A stretch of DNA of 64,000 nt from Halobacteriovoraceae bacterium (lineage in GTDB: Bacteria; Bdellovibrionota; Bacteriovoracia; Bacteriovoracales; Bacteriovoracaceae): the NCBI GenBank assembly GCA_963719505.1, contig CAVRCF010000001.1, forward strand, positions 832,001 to 896,000, in the 5' to 3' direction. Positions 1-10,400 of the stretch are shown here, piece after piece. The first letter of the stretch is position 1; every line of letters begins with the position of its first letter. The notes below the pieces were generated by a model. It saw nothing but the letters and a program-made list of their open reading frames with translations, was not told the DNA's origin and did no database searches. A program made the position numbers and the translations under genes.

Positions 1-1151
1 GTGGCTTTAAGAGGGATTTGGCTTCTGGCGATAAGGACTTCTCTTTTAAAATCTTGAATAGCGACGGCATCTTCGTCTTTTGAGTTTAATTGAATCGCAC
101 TGGCGTGCTTATAATCAATAAACTGAGCAATGATATCCAGTGCACGAGCTTTATGTTTTTGATCTAAATTTACTTTATTAAAGTCTTCTAAGCTCTTATC
201 ACTATAAGCTTTGATAATAGCGCTTTTTTGTTTTGCATCGGTTTGTTCAATAAGTGTGTTGAGTCTTTTTTGAAGAGATGCTCTAAAAGAGATTTCACTT
301 GTTAGTCCCTTGTTTTCTATAAGCGGGTAGAGAGTATCGACCGGGACGGTAATAAAATAGGACTCTGGCATAAGATCGTACTGAGGAGCGATGGCATCGA
401 TAAAACGCAGGACATGGTAAGAGCAGTTTTCTGTAAAATAAAAATAATCAAAAAGTGCATTATTCATATCCCAAAGATGAGCCTCGGCAAGTTCAAGCTC
501 TTTAGCAGAGAGATTTAATTTAAATTCATAGAGATCTCGAGATTCAAAATCATTATATTCTCTAAGTTTTAAAAAGTAGGGAAGCAGGGTGAAACGTCCA
601 TAGAATCCTCCCATAATGCCACCAATCCCATACATTAGAGGATTTGATGTTGTCACTTGTGCAGAGAAGTCTACTCCGTAGGAGAAGAAATCATTTCCAT
701 TTTTTGCTTTTGAATTAATTTTTAAAAACGTATGGCCAAACGCCGATGCAGGTTTATTGATATAATATGAAGAAAAGATAACGGCAATGGAGTCGATATC
801 AATTTTCTTTTTATAGGTCTGATAATCTGAGCACATAGAGAAGTCGGCTTCAAGATTAATAAGACTTTTATTTTTTAAGTAAAGAAATCTTCCCGGAAAC
901 TGACAGCGAGGATGTTTGTTAACATCTTTAACTGCAGTTAACGGACGGGAGAGAGCAACGATGGAAGCCTTCATTTCAGCTTTGGGAGAATTTTTTCCAT
1001 TTTCAGCAAAGAAGTAAGCGCTTGAATCGACCTCACTTTCATGGCCCAATATTGTTTTCTCGTAGCGCATAAGCTTCAGCCAACCTGGATCAGCTGGATT
1101 TGCTTTTGCACTTTGTGATATAAAGAAGAGTATAAAAAGAGAGAGGCCCAA
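1..1151 (-). CDS. DUF4105 / Lnb N-terminal-like domain protein, partial (runs off the left edge)
   Basis: Not in the ORF track. Manual minus-strand translation gives WLKLMRYEK...CQFPGRF...VIFSSYYINKPASAFGHTFLK...YNDFESRDLYEF...DYFYFTENCSY, the DUF4105 signature. Probable TTG start at 1151 after GGAGAGG, followed by a hydrophobic signal. Confidence 0.8.
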   Translation of the reverse strand, partial: MGLSLFILFFISQSAKANPADPGWLKLMRYEKTILGHESEVDSSAYFFAENGKNSPKAEMKASIVALSRPLTAVKDVNKHPRCQFPGRFLYLKNKSLINLEADFSMCSDYQTYKKKIDIDSIAVIFSSYYINKPASAFGHTFLKINSKAKNGNDFFSYGVDFSAQVTTSNPLMYGIGGIMGGFYGRFTLLPYFLKLREYNDFESRDLYEFKLNLSAKELELAEAHLWDMNNALFDYFYFTENCSYHVLRFIDAIAPQYDLMPESYFITVPVDTLYPLIENKGLTSEISFRASLQKRLNTLIEQTDAKQKSAIIKAYSDKSLEDFNKVNLDQKHKARALDIIAQFIDYKHASAIQLNSKDEDAVAIQDFKREVLIARSQIPLKA

Positions 1152-1165
1152 AGATAGGGCCTCTC
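1141..1165 (-). terminator. Hairpin GAGAGGCCC/GGGCCTCTC followed by a T-rich tract, overlapping the RBS and start of the DUF4105 gene
   Basis: 9-bp perfect inverted repeat, followed by TCTTTTT on the minus strand. Confidence 0.55.
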
Positions 1166-1194
1166 CAAACTTAACGTTTCTTATATTTTTAAAA

Positions 1195-1614
1195 TTATAA
1201 AACAGCGTTAATTTTTTCATTAATTACAGATGCGTTATTTCCTTTAGCGAAAATAGTTGCAAAGTTTCTTTTTAAAACTGCTCTGTCAGCAGTTGGCTTG
1301 TTGATTACCATTAGGTAAGCATCAAGAGTTTCCCCATTTCCTCTTGCGATATCGTTAGATAGAGCAACAGTGTTTCCTTCGATAAAAGAAACTGCAGAAA
1401 CTTTAGCTGTTTTTGCATCTTCACATCCTAGAGTACCTGTAGACATACCAAAAGTTTGGTTGGCAGAAGTACCGTTGAAAGTCGCTGCAAGAACGTTCAT
1501 TACTAGTCCATCTTTTCCTTCAAAAAGAATTGAACCAAGACCACAACCAGCAGGTCCGTGTGCTGCGAATGCAGATGTAGACATAATTGCTGTTAATAAT
1601 ACTAATTTTTTCAT
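1195..1614 (-). CDS. DUF3015 family secreted protein
   Basis: Signal peptide; GPAGCGLGS, TFNGTSANQTFGMSTGTLGC and DIARGNGETL motifs; adjacent to DUF4105 as commonly seen. Confidence 0.85.
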   Translation of the reverse strand: MKKLVLLTAIMSTSAFAAHGPAGCGLGSILFEGKDGLVMNVLAATFNGTSANQTFGMSTGTLGCEDAKTAKVSAVSFIEGNTVALSNDIARGNGETLDAYLMVINKPTADRAVLKRNFATIFAKGNNASVINEKINAVL

Positions 1615-1700
1615 CGTTAACCTCCGTGAAAATTTTGATTAATGAATTTTAACAAAGTTTCTAATATATGAAAGTAGAAAAAAAGAGGTATAATAGGGTC

Positions 1701-2402
1701 ATGACGAATCTCAATAAAAAAGCAATTGTTGTGCACTCAGGCGGAATGGATTCATCAATCTGTCTGTGCCTTGCAATAGAACAGTTTGGCGCTGAAAATG
1801 TCCTCGCTATTTCCTTTAACTACGGTCAGCGTCATTCAAATGAACTCACTCAAGCTCAAAAAATTTGTAAAAATTTTAACGTTGATAGGCTGGTTCTAGA
1901 CATTAATTGTCTATCAAAAATAACGCAAAACTCTCTGACGAATATGAGTATGACCATCAGTGAAAATGAAGATGGCTCTCCCAATACTCTTGTCTCTGGA
2001 CGCAATGGATTGATGGCCAGAATAGCTGCTATCCATGCTAATGAACTGGGGGCCAGTTGTATTTTTATGGGAGTGATAGAAGTGGAAGAGGCGAATTCTG
2101 GTTATAGAGACTGCTCAAGAAAATACATGGATATCGTGCAAGCGGCGCTTCGCATGGATTTTGATAATGATAAGTTTGAGATTAAAACACCTATTGTGTA
2201 TATGACAAAAAAACAGACAATGGAACTCGGTTATCAAATGGGAGTTTTACAATATCTTCTCGATAATACGATTACTTGTTATAACGGCGTCATAGGAGTT
2301 GGTTGTCAAAAATGTCCAGCCTGCAAGCTTCGAAATGATGGAATTCGAGAATTTTTAAAATCTCACGAGGACTTTGTTTTCTCATTCAAAGATGATCTTT
2401 AA
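1701..2402 (+). CDS. queC: 7-cyano-7-deazaguanine synthase
   Basis: SGGMDS PP-loop, YGQRH, GYRDC, TCYNG..GCQKCPACKLR Zn site. ATG 1701 preferred as start (ORF track gives 1668). Confidence 0.93.
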   Translation: MTNLNKKAIVVHSGGMDSSICLCLAIEQFGAENVLAISFNYGQRHSNELTQAQKICKNFNVDRLVLDINCLSKITQNSLTNMSMTISENEDGSPNTLVSGRNGLMARIAAIHANELGASCIFMGVIEVEEANSGYRDCSRKYMDIVQAALRMDFDNDKFEIKTPIVYMTKKQTMELGYQMGVLQYLLDNTITCYNGVIGVGCQKCPACKLRNDGIREFLKSHEDFVFSFKDDL

Positions 2403-2448
2403 TCCTGATTGCAAGAGTCAGGATTAATGACAAAATTTTAATTTCAGC

Positions 2449-2475
2449 TCACTTTAAATTTAAAAAATCCGATAA
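2449..2475 (+). promoter_or_regulatory. Putative sigma28 (FliA) promoter TCAC-N15-TCCGATAA
   Basis: -10 element close to GCCGATAA with 15-bp spacer; ATG 8 nt downstream. Confidence 0.45.
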
Positions 2476-2483
2476 GTTGGGTA

Positions 2484-4361
2484 ATGAATTTAACTGCTGT
2501 GTTACTATTTCTGATTTCCTTTTCAATATTTGCAAAAGGGCTTCCCGCAAGCTTTGGGGGAAAAACACGTAACGCGTGTGAGATTGCCTTTGTTAAAGTT
2601 CTCAACGGAAAAATTCCAGCTCAAAAATCAGGTTTAGCTTCTCTCAACTATTGGGATGAGAGATTTGATCCAAAAATGGTGATGGATGATGTTCAGGCCC
2701 TCCCAGATAATGAATCAAGGCTTTTATTTTTAAAAGAACTTCAAAAGCTTGTTCATAAAGACCAAACATTCGTGGATAATGTCGCATCCACTGCAAGTCT
2801 TATGGTGGAGCGAAAACTCCTTAACTTATCAGATATTAAAAAAGTCTTTCTTTCTCCAAAATTTAATAATGTTACTTACTTTTACTCAAAATCCACGAAA
2901 ACTCTAACGGGCAAGCTGGATGTTGATACGGATAAGCTAGGTGTCATCAATGAAATTGTGAGTAAAGCAAAGCTTTCAAAAAATCGGGCTAAAGAATATA
3001 CAGACATGATGTTGCAAAGTAATAGAACGATTGAAGATTTCGAGCTAGCACTTGAGCACGGCTTTAAGCTCAGAGACGATATTCGCTCTCAAGAGCAGCT
3101 TAGGCACTATCTGGAGTTTTTAGATAATGCAAAAGCGGCCAGAGTAAAAAATGGTATGAAGCAAATTGAAAAAATTTATGATTTTAATTACTCACAGCGC
3201 TTTTCAGTTATTGATGAGGTGCTGCCTGTTTATAAGAAATTCCTTGGTCAAAAATCTCGTGTTAACTCTTTTGAAAAAAGACGAGTGGCAGAGATTGAAG
3301 AGGGCTTAAAAATGCAGATGAACAAAGAGCATATTAAAGAGCTCGATGATCTTGTTGCAAGAAAGGCGAAAGGGGAAGAAGTAGATCCGGAAAAGGTAGC
3401 TGCTCTTCGTAAAAAAATAAATGATAATGAGTTGCCAAAAAATCTCAAAAAGAGAGCTCTCTCCCAGGCAAAAGGTGAGAAGTCTATCTTTAGAAAACTC
3501 ATGAGTGGATGTGGCTCTGGTGGGGGAAAGCGTCTGGCCGGAGCTAAGAAAAAGTTTATACGTTTTAAATTTGCTGTGGGACTCGTTGGAACACCAATCT
3601 TTTACTACATGAAAAACAAAGATAAAATTGACGTTGATGATTATTGGTATGAAAAACTTGGGTACGAGTGGACGGCAAGCATCGTCTTTAGTTACTTCGG
3701 TGGAAAGCTAGTGACTGGAAACGGAGGCTTTCTCAATAAGTACCTCAAAGGATTTTTTATCTTTCGAGGAATGGATGGGGTAAGTTCACTCTCTTACGAT
3801 ACGCTTTTTGGTAAAAGTAAGCATATTCGAAAATTTATGCAAATCTATCGAGATGATCTGCCTGAAAATGAAATTGAAGCTGAGTTTAATAAGCTTTTAG
3901 AGAGTCCTACATTTGAAAAAGACGTCCGTGGGCTTTTGGCCTACCTCGATAAAAAGACAAAAGAGAGAAATACAAAGTTCTTCATCGATAAATACTTCAA
4001 TACCTCAGCTTATAATTCTCTAGAAAGTGATCGTATCACCCAAGAAGATCTTGAAACCGAAGAGGGTAAAGAGGTGATGATGGAATTATTAGCAGAGAGA
4101 ATGTATATGGAGAGCATGGGGAATTCACCTTACTTCTCTACCGGTAATAGTGGTGGGGATCGGTGGAGCTTCTATGCTGCTCGAGCAACATTTTGGGATC
4201 TAAAAAGTCTGGCTTTCAATCTAGCTTTGTTTCAAATCATGTGTAAAGAGCCCTTTGGAAAAGTGGGGTCTTGGGGTGCTGTCATTGCTCTTTACTTAGG
4301 AGATCAATGGCTTTCAGGTAACTTGACCTACTCATGGCGTAGAGACGCTATAAATCAGTAG
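2484..4361 (+). CDS. Hypothetical protein with signal peptide, helical body and several C-terminal hydrophobic segments
   Basis: 625-aa ORF; no family recognised. Confidence 0.75.
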   Translation: MNLTAVLLFLISFSIFAKGLPASFGGKTRNACEIAFVKVLNGKIPAQKSGLASLNYWDERFDPKMVMDDVQALPDNESRLLFLKELQKLVHKDQTFVDNVASTASLMVERKLLNLSDIKKVFLSPKFNNVTYFYSKSTKTLTGKLDVDTDKLGVINEIVSKAKLSKNRAKEYTDMMLQSNRTIEDFELALEHGFKLRDDIRSQEQLRHYLEFLDNAKAARVKNGMKQIEKIYDFNYSQRFSVIDEVLPVYKKFLGQKSRVNSFEKRRVAEIEEGLKMQMNKEHIKELDDLVARKAKGEEVDPEKVAALRKKINDNELPKNLKKRALSQAKGEKSIFRKLMSGCGSGGGKRLAGAKKKFIRFKFAVGLVGTPIFYYMKNKDKIDVDDYWYEKLGYEWTASIVFSYFGGKLVTGNGGFLNKYLKGFFIFRGMDGVSSLSYDTLFGKSKHIRKFMQIYRDDLPENEIEAEFNKLLESPTFEKDVRGLLAYLDKKTKERNTKFFIDKYFNTSAYNSLESDRITQEDLETEEGKEVMMELLAERMYMESMGNSPYFSTGNSGGDRWSFYAARATFWDLKSLAFNLALFQIMCKEPFGKVGSWGAVIALYLGDQWLSGNLTYSWRRDAINQ

Positions 4362-4470
4362 AAAATCTCACTTTGAATTGAATTTTTGATCTATAATGAT
4401 AAACTTCTATAAATTCGTTTAACTCACTTCACAAGGTAAAGTCTTATTATTATAAGTCTAAAAATAACAT

Positions 4471-5142
4471 ATGAATGATTTTGAAGTTAAATATGTTAAT
4501 GTTAATTTGAAAGCGCCTATTGCTAAGAAATGGCTTGATTTAAACCTCATCCCTGATCCCAAATATCCAGGAACGATTATTTCCAGTATTTACTTTGATA
4601 CAAAAGACTTTAAGTATTTAGATGAAAAAACTGAGAGTGATCATGTTAAATCCAAGTTTCGAATAAGATGGTACGAAACCTTAGACAAAAAAGAACCAAG
4701 TTCAGTTAGTTTTTTAGAATTCAAACATAAAGTTGGTGAAAATCGTTTTAAAAAAAGAATTCAAGTCAGTAATGATTTTTTCTCAAAGCCTCTAGAGTCC
4801 TTAGACTTTTTGAAGAGTTTAGACGAGCTTCGACTCTTTAATGGAAATATCTTGGAGCATATTTATCCTAGTTTTATCGTAAGCTATACTCGATATAGAT
4901 ATATTATCCCTAATACTGATATTCGACTTTGTATTGACTACAATATAAACGTTCCAAAACTGAATTCTCGTTTACTTCCTATGAAAATTAAGAAAAAGTA
5001 TTTATCACAATGTGTATTTGAATTAAAAGGGGAGAGTGCTATTTTGCCATCTGCTTTGCGTAATATTGAACAGCTTGGCTTTGAGAAAAATTCTTTTTCA
5101 AAATACGAGAGATGTTTCGAAGAATTAATAAATAATATTTAG
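4471..5142 (+). CDS. VTC-domain (polyphosphate polymerase / TTM fold) protein
   Basis: FEVKY, ISSIYFDT, KFRIRWY, FLEFKHK, VSYTRY, IRLCID, VFELK and FSKY motifs of the bacterial VTC domain. Confidence 0.85.
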   Translation: MNDFEVKYVNVNLKAPIAKKWLDLNLIPDPKYPGTIISSIYFDTKDFKYLDEKTESDHVKSKFRIRWYETLDKKEPSSVSFLEFKHKVGENRFKKRIQVSNDFFSKPLESLDFLKSLDELRLFNGNILEHIYPSFIVSYTRYRYIIPNTDIRLCIDYNINVPKLNSRLLPMKIKKKYLSQCVFELKGESAILPSALRNIEQLGFEKNSFSKYERCFEELINNI

Positions 5143-5150
5143 GAGAAAAA

Positions 5151-5846
5151 ATGGAATCATATTTTAATTTAAAAATTTTAAGTAATACAGGTATTCAAAA
5201 AATGGCCGACATCGGTCTTCTACCTTTTTTCTTATTATTACTAGCATCGCTTATTTCTTCCCTTTTTATTTCTCATCTCTATTTAAGGTTCTGTGGAAGT
5301 AAAGGAACAGGATCAACTCTTCATAGAGCTTTTCCACTTCTGGGTGTCGCTATTACGTCCATTTTTGTGAGTCTGCAGTTCTCTGTTCCTCTATCTCTTG
5401 GGCTTTTAGGGGCGCTATCAATTGTAAGGTTTAGAACACCAATTAAGGATCCGGAAGAAGTAGGCTTTATCCTTCTTGTGATTGCTTCAAGTCTAACTTG
5501 TGCAACGTTCAATCTGCCCTTTCTCATTCTTATTTTTGTCGTTTCTATATTGGGACTTATCATTTTAAAGTTTGACAAAAAATATTTCAAGAGGACGAAG
5601 AATACGGGGATGATCATCGTGAATCTTCAATCATTGGCATACAGTAAAAATAGTACACAAGTAATGACAGTTCTCGAGTCTAAAGCACAAAATCTAAAGA
5701 TTGATAGTATTGTAGAAGATGATGAACACACAACTCTATCTTACACTTTTGGAGCGATGGAGAACCATAGTTTTGCCTCTCTTAAAGAAGAACTATATGC
5801 GCTAGATAGTTCCTCAAAGATAAATATCTTTTTTAATAAACAGTGA
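5151..5846 (+). CDS. DUF4956 membrane protein
   Basis: About 4 TM helices; signature LSLGLLGALSIVRFRTPIKDPEE; C-terminal soluble domain. Confidence 0.85.
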   Translation: MESYFNLKILSNTGIQKMADIGLLPFFLLLLASLISSLFISHLYLRFCGSKGTGSTLHRAFPLLGVAITSIFVSLQFSVPLSLGLLGALSIVRFRTPIKDPEEVGFILLVIASSLTCATFNLPFLILIFVVSILGLIILKFDKKYFKRTKNTGMIIVNLQSLAYSKNSTQVMTVLESKAQNLKIDSIVEDDEHTTLSYTFGAMENHSFASLKEELYALDSSSKINIFFNKQ

Positions 5847-7228
5847 TCAATTTAAAGACTATTGGCTTTTTCATTCTTATCGTTCTATGTGGACTCATCC
5901 CCAAGATTTTAAATGGGCAAAAGAAGTATAAAAAAGCGCTTGATATTTACTACGCGCAATCTGAAGATGCCCAGTCGGTTTATACAGGTAAAGTCCGTGA
6001 TGTTTTTGATCCTCTGGATGAGGCATACCAAATCTCTTCAAGTCTCAAAAATCTCATTGATGTCAAACGTCCTCTGTTTAGTGAAGATTCATCTGTCTGG
6101 CCTATTATATCTTTGTGGGTAGATCCAAGAGATCTTTACTCGGAAGAGCGAGGGATCATTACTCATGGGTATAAAAAAGGACGCCTTTGGGAGAGAGCAA
6201 GTTTTGTTGACTACTTTAAAGATAATGAAAATGTCTTTAAAACTTTTGCCGGCCTGAGGCAGCATGGAGGTACAAGTCGTAATGAATCTCAAAAGATAAA
6301 AAGTTTTCGCGTGTACTTCAAACAAAAATATGGGGCAAGTGAGTTTATAAATAGTGAAAAAATAAGTTTAAGCTCCAAAGCTAAAATCAAAAGACTTGTT
6401 ATCAAAAGAGATATCTATCTTCATTTTGGAAACTCATTTTCATTTTTCTTTATCAACTCTCTAGGGGGGCTTGCCCCCAAGGTTGAGCTTGTAAAACTTT
6501 ATATCAACGGAGAGTTTTACGCCTATCATATGATGACAGAACATTTAAGTCGTGAACAGTTAAAATTTTACTGGGGACATGAAGATTTTCTTTTCGCAAA
6601 AATTAAAGGAGATCAAGATATCCATTCGCGTATCCTTTATAAAGACCTAAGGTCAAAGCTAGAGACAAGTCGTGATATTAGTTTTGAATATGTCGATAGT
6701 AGAGTTGATATGGACACTGTTATGGCATCTTTACTAGTAATCATGTACACGGGGATGACTGACTGGGCCCAAGGGGTTTATACGAAAGATATAAAAAGAG
6801 ATTCAAAGTGGAAGCTAATCTCATGGGATTTTGACAGAGCTTTTTTTCCTGTGAATGGGGAGAGTGTGAGATCTGGGATGCAGTTTGATTCAGAGATGAA
6901 AAGTGTTGGTCTTGGGATGGATATGAAGAAAGGTCAAATTAGGTGGTCTATTTTTAACCGGCTCATCAAAAAGGATGTACGATTTAGAGAATATTTTTCA
7001 AATCTTGTAGATAATCTTTTTGATAAAATTCTAAAAGGTGACTCATATAAAGCATTTTTGGCAAAAGCTGAAAAGCTAACACTATCTGCAAACGATCCCA
7101 AAATGAATAGCGACCTAAAAAGAATAAAAGATTTTATTAAGTTTAGAAAAAAAACACTTTGTGACGATCTCAAAGTGCGGGTTAATCTTGTACCTAAGAC
7201 ATGTCTTCGAGAGGCTTTGACGAGGTAG
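5843..7228 (+). CDS. CotH-family kinase with N-terminal membrane anchor/signal
   Basis: RQHGGTSR..KSFRVYF, VKLYINGEFY...TE, WKLISWDFDRAF; GTG start overlaps the upstream stop (GTGA). Confidence 0.8.
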   Translation: MINLKTIGFFILIVLCGLIPKILNGQKKYKKALDIYYAQSEDAQSVYTGKVRDVFDPLDEAYQISSSLKNLIDVKRPLFSEDSSVWPIISLWVDPRDLYSEERGIITHGYKKGRLWERASFVDYFKDNENVFKTFAGLRQHGGTSRNESQKIKSFRVYFKQKYGASEFINSEKISLSSKAKIKRLVIKRDIYLHFGNSFSFFFINSLGGLAPKVELVKLYINGEFYAYHMMTEHLSREQLKFYWGHEDFLFAKIKGDQDIHSRILYKDLRSKLETSRDISFEYVDSRVDMDTVMASLLVIMYTGMTDWAQGVYTKDIKRDSKWKLISWDFDRAFFPVNGESVRSGMQFDSEMKSVGLGMDMKKGQIRWSIFNRLIKKDVRFREYFSNLVDNLFDKILKGDSYKAFLAKAEKLTLSANDPKMNSDLKRIKDFIKFRKKTLCDDLKVRVNLVPKTCLREALTR

Positions 7229-7433
7229 ACTTCGGCTAAGTATCTAAAATTATTGCTGTCTAAATAACGACAAGCTATTGTAAAAACTTCAATCCAATTT
7301 ACCAAAATCCAGATCAATGAGACCATAATGGTGTTATGAAAATCGCTATGTCACTTCTTTCATTCACTTACTGGTCAGCTAAATTTACACTTTTAGCATG
7401 GTTTGTTTTAGCAACAATTTCAGCTTTAACGAA

Positions 7434-10400
7434 CTAGCCAATAAGAGACTGAAAATCATTCATTGTTAATTTACCATTAAAGAAATTGTCTTGGTCTGTT
7501 GCCATGAGGTCTTTAAAGAGATCCTTTTTGGCATTTTGTAAGACGAGAACCTTCTCTTCAACAGAATCCTTAATAATAGGGCGGTAGACGGTGAGTTTAT
7601 TCTCTTGCCCAATTCTATACGCTCTATCGATAGCTTGATTCTCAACAGCTGGGTTCCACCAAGGATCCATTAAAAAGATATAACTAGCGGCTGTGAGGTT
7701 TAAACCAACACCACCGGCCTTAAGGGAGATAAGAAAAACTTGGGCATCACCCTCTTGAAAACGTTCAACTTCTTGCCCACGTTTTTTAAGAGTCTGGGAT
7801 CCATCAATTCTTGCTTGCTTCCATCTTCTTTCTTGAATCTTATTTTGAATAATATCCAAGTAAGTGGTGAACTGTGAGAAAACGAGAACTTTATGTCCCT
7901 CATCAATTAGCTGCTCTAGATTTTCCATAAGAAAATCAATTTTTGTTGAGTGCATGAACTGCTGATTCTGCCAAAGACAGAGTTGTCGAAGCTTTAAGAG
8001 ACTTTTGAGAATTTCTGAATACTTTCTTCCGTTTTGAACGGTTGTCATATTCTTTCTCACATTTGCAAGGGTTGCAAGGTAGTGCTCTTTTTCTTCTTTT
8101 TTAAAGTTCAGATAAACATGGTTTTCAACTTTCTCAGGAAGCTCGGTAAGAACTTCTTGTTTTGTTCGTCGAAGAATAAAAGGTCTTACTGTTTGACGAG
8201 CGAGGAGACGACTTTTCTTTGAAGACTTTGTTTTGAAAAAGCTCATCTCTCCCCAAATGCCAGGGATACTTAAGTCCATAATATTGTAAAACTCAGAAAG
8301 ATCATTTTCTACAGGTGTACCTGTCAGGCATATTCTAAACTTGGCTTTTAAATTTCGGGCCGCACTAGCGCCTTGAGAGCGAATATTTTTAAGATGTTGA
8401 ACTTCATCCATGATAAGAACGTCAAATCCTACATCATTGAACGTGGTGAAGGATTCTTTTTTCATGACCCCATAACTCGTAAGAATAATTTTTGAATCAG
8501 TTGGATCGGTTCTATCTGTCCCATAGTAACAGTGAACATCTAGGTCTGAGAATTTCTCGATCTCTTTTTGCCAGTTAATAAGAATAGAGACCGGACAAAC
8601 GATGAGAACCTTATTTACGCGAGTCTCAACCGATTGGAGAAACATTATTGTTTGAAGAGTTTTCCCAAGTCCCATATCATCGGCAAGACAGGCTCCAAAG
8701 CGATTTTCAAAAAGGAAGGATAACCACTGAAAACCTGTGTTTTGATAATCACGAGCAATCGTCTTGTACCTCTCTGGAAGATCGTAGTGAGGCATATCCT
8801 TAAGGTTGAGAAGGTTGTGACAAAGCTGCTCTTCTTCTTCCGTCAAAGCTCCTTCAATACCGTGTTTCTTTAGTTCAAAAAGCTCAAAGATTCTGGTTCT
8901 TTTAAAGTTTAAGGAGAATCTTTTCGCCTTATTACCTTCCATCTCTTTTGCGCTTGCTTCATGGTCAGTATACTTTTTCATGAACTTTAAAAGGTCTTTT
9001 TCTTTCTTCTCAAGAATGACAAGCCCTTGATCGGTGAGGATGAAATTCTCTCCCATAGAGGCATTCTTTATAACTTGAAGGTCTTCATCATCGACAACGA
9101 GATTGAGCTCAAACCAATCCAAGTTAGACTTTCTTCTTTCAAAACGAATATTTGAACTCCACGTCTTTACTTCGGTGTCGTTGTAAAAAATAGGAATATT
9201 GAAATGGCTCATGCGGTTATGAAAAGATGAGACTCCGTTAAAGAGTTGATTTTTTGGAATCTGAAAATAAACCTTTTCATCATCAGCTCGGTTGAAAGAG
9301 AATCGGCTCGCATTTTCTCCAAAGCATTCAAAGACACCTTTAAAGATCGCCCAGAACTTATTTTTTGGAAGATAATAGATCACCCCAGGCTTTTTCGTCA
9401 TAAAAGGGATGTCGTCATTGTCCATGGCAAAATCAAACCAATCTTGAAATTTTTGTTTTTGAGAGTTGGCGTGCAGATATTTTTTATATTCTTGATTATT
9501 ATAATTAAGGGAATCAAGCAGATGCTTTACAAATTCATGGGAGTCATTTTTTGTTCTAAAGCCCCCTAAAAAACCACCATCACTAATCATGAGTTTAAAA
9601 ACGGGTGGTGGAGGTAAAAGTCTGTTTTCATTATCAAAGAGTTCAATATGGAGCTCTAGAAAACTTTTTCGCTCTCCAGTGAGAATAGAGAATCTAAAGT
9701 TTACATCTTTGGCTTCTAGTTCATTGAATTTAACTCCATCAATAGAGAACTCGATACCGTCCTCGTCTATGATGGCTGTACTCCATCTTAGGAACTCATT
9801 GATCGGTTGAAGAAACCCCTCTCGTGTCACTCTTTTAACAAATTCTTTTAAACTTGTAGGGAGATCAAAAGCTTCACCGGTTTCCCAGTTAAACAGGTAG
9901 AGGTACTCAAATAAAGAGACCTTCTTTAATTCTTCCCCTTGGTTATTTTCAATAGAGAAAACAGGAAGATATTTATTCTCAATTAAAGGATAGGTTTGAT
10001 ATTCTTCAAAATTTACCGCTTTAACAAGATTCACTTTTATTTTATTTTCAGATTTTTTCGTCAAGGGGAAGTTGACGATCTTTCTATTTGTTAACAGATA
10101 CTGAACCGACGCGTAGGTACTATTGGGTTTTGCCCCAATGAGCTTTGCCGGGTTTGGAACAATTCGCCCATAGCTTTCCACGTGGACGCCCTGACCGTGC
10201 ATCGTCAATTCTGGTCTTAGAGGAGCGTCGCTATTTTCTTTAAGTTCTTCTTTTAGGACTTGATTGAGATGAAATTTATAGAACAAAGCCGCTGTGTGAG
10301 GACAGTGGTTTTCATCTGAGTGAAGGTTACAAGTGCAGCTGGTGCTTAGCATGCCTTCTGGATAAGTTTCATTTTTCTTATAACTTGCTTTGGCTTCCCG

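Noticed and set aside
1615-1700. preQ1 riboswitch, or a dpd DNA-modification role for queC
   Set aside because: There is no room for a leader and no dpdA or other que genes nearby; most simply a housekeeping queuosine gene.
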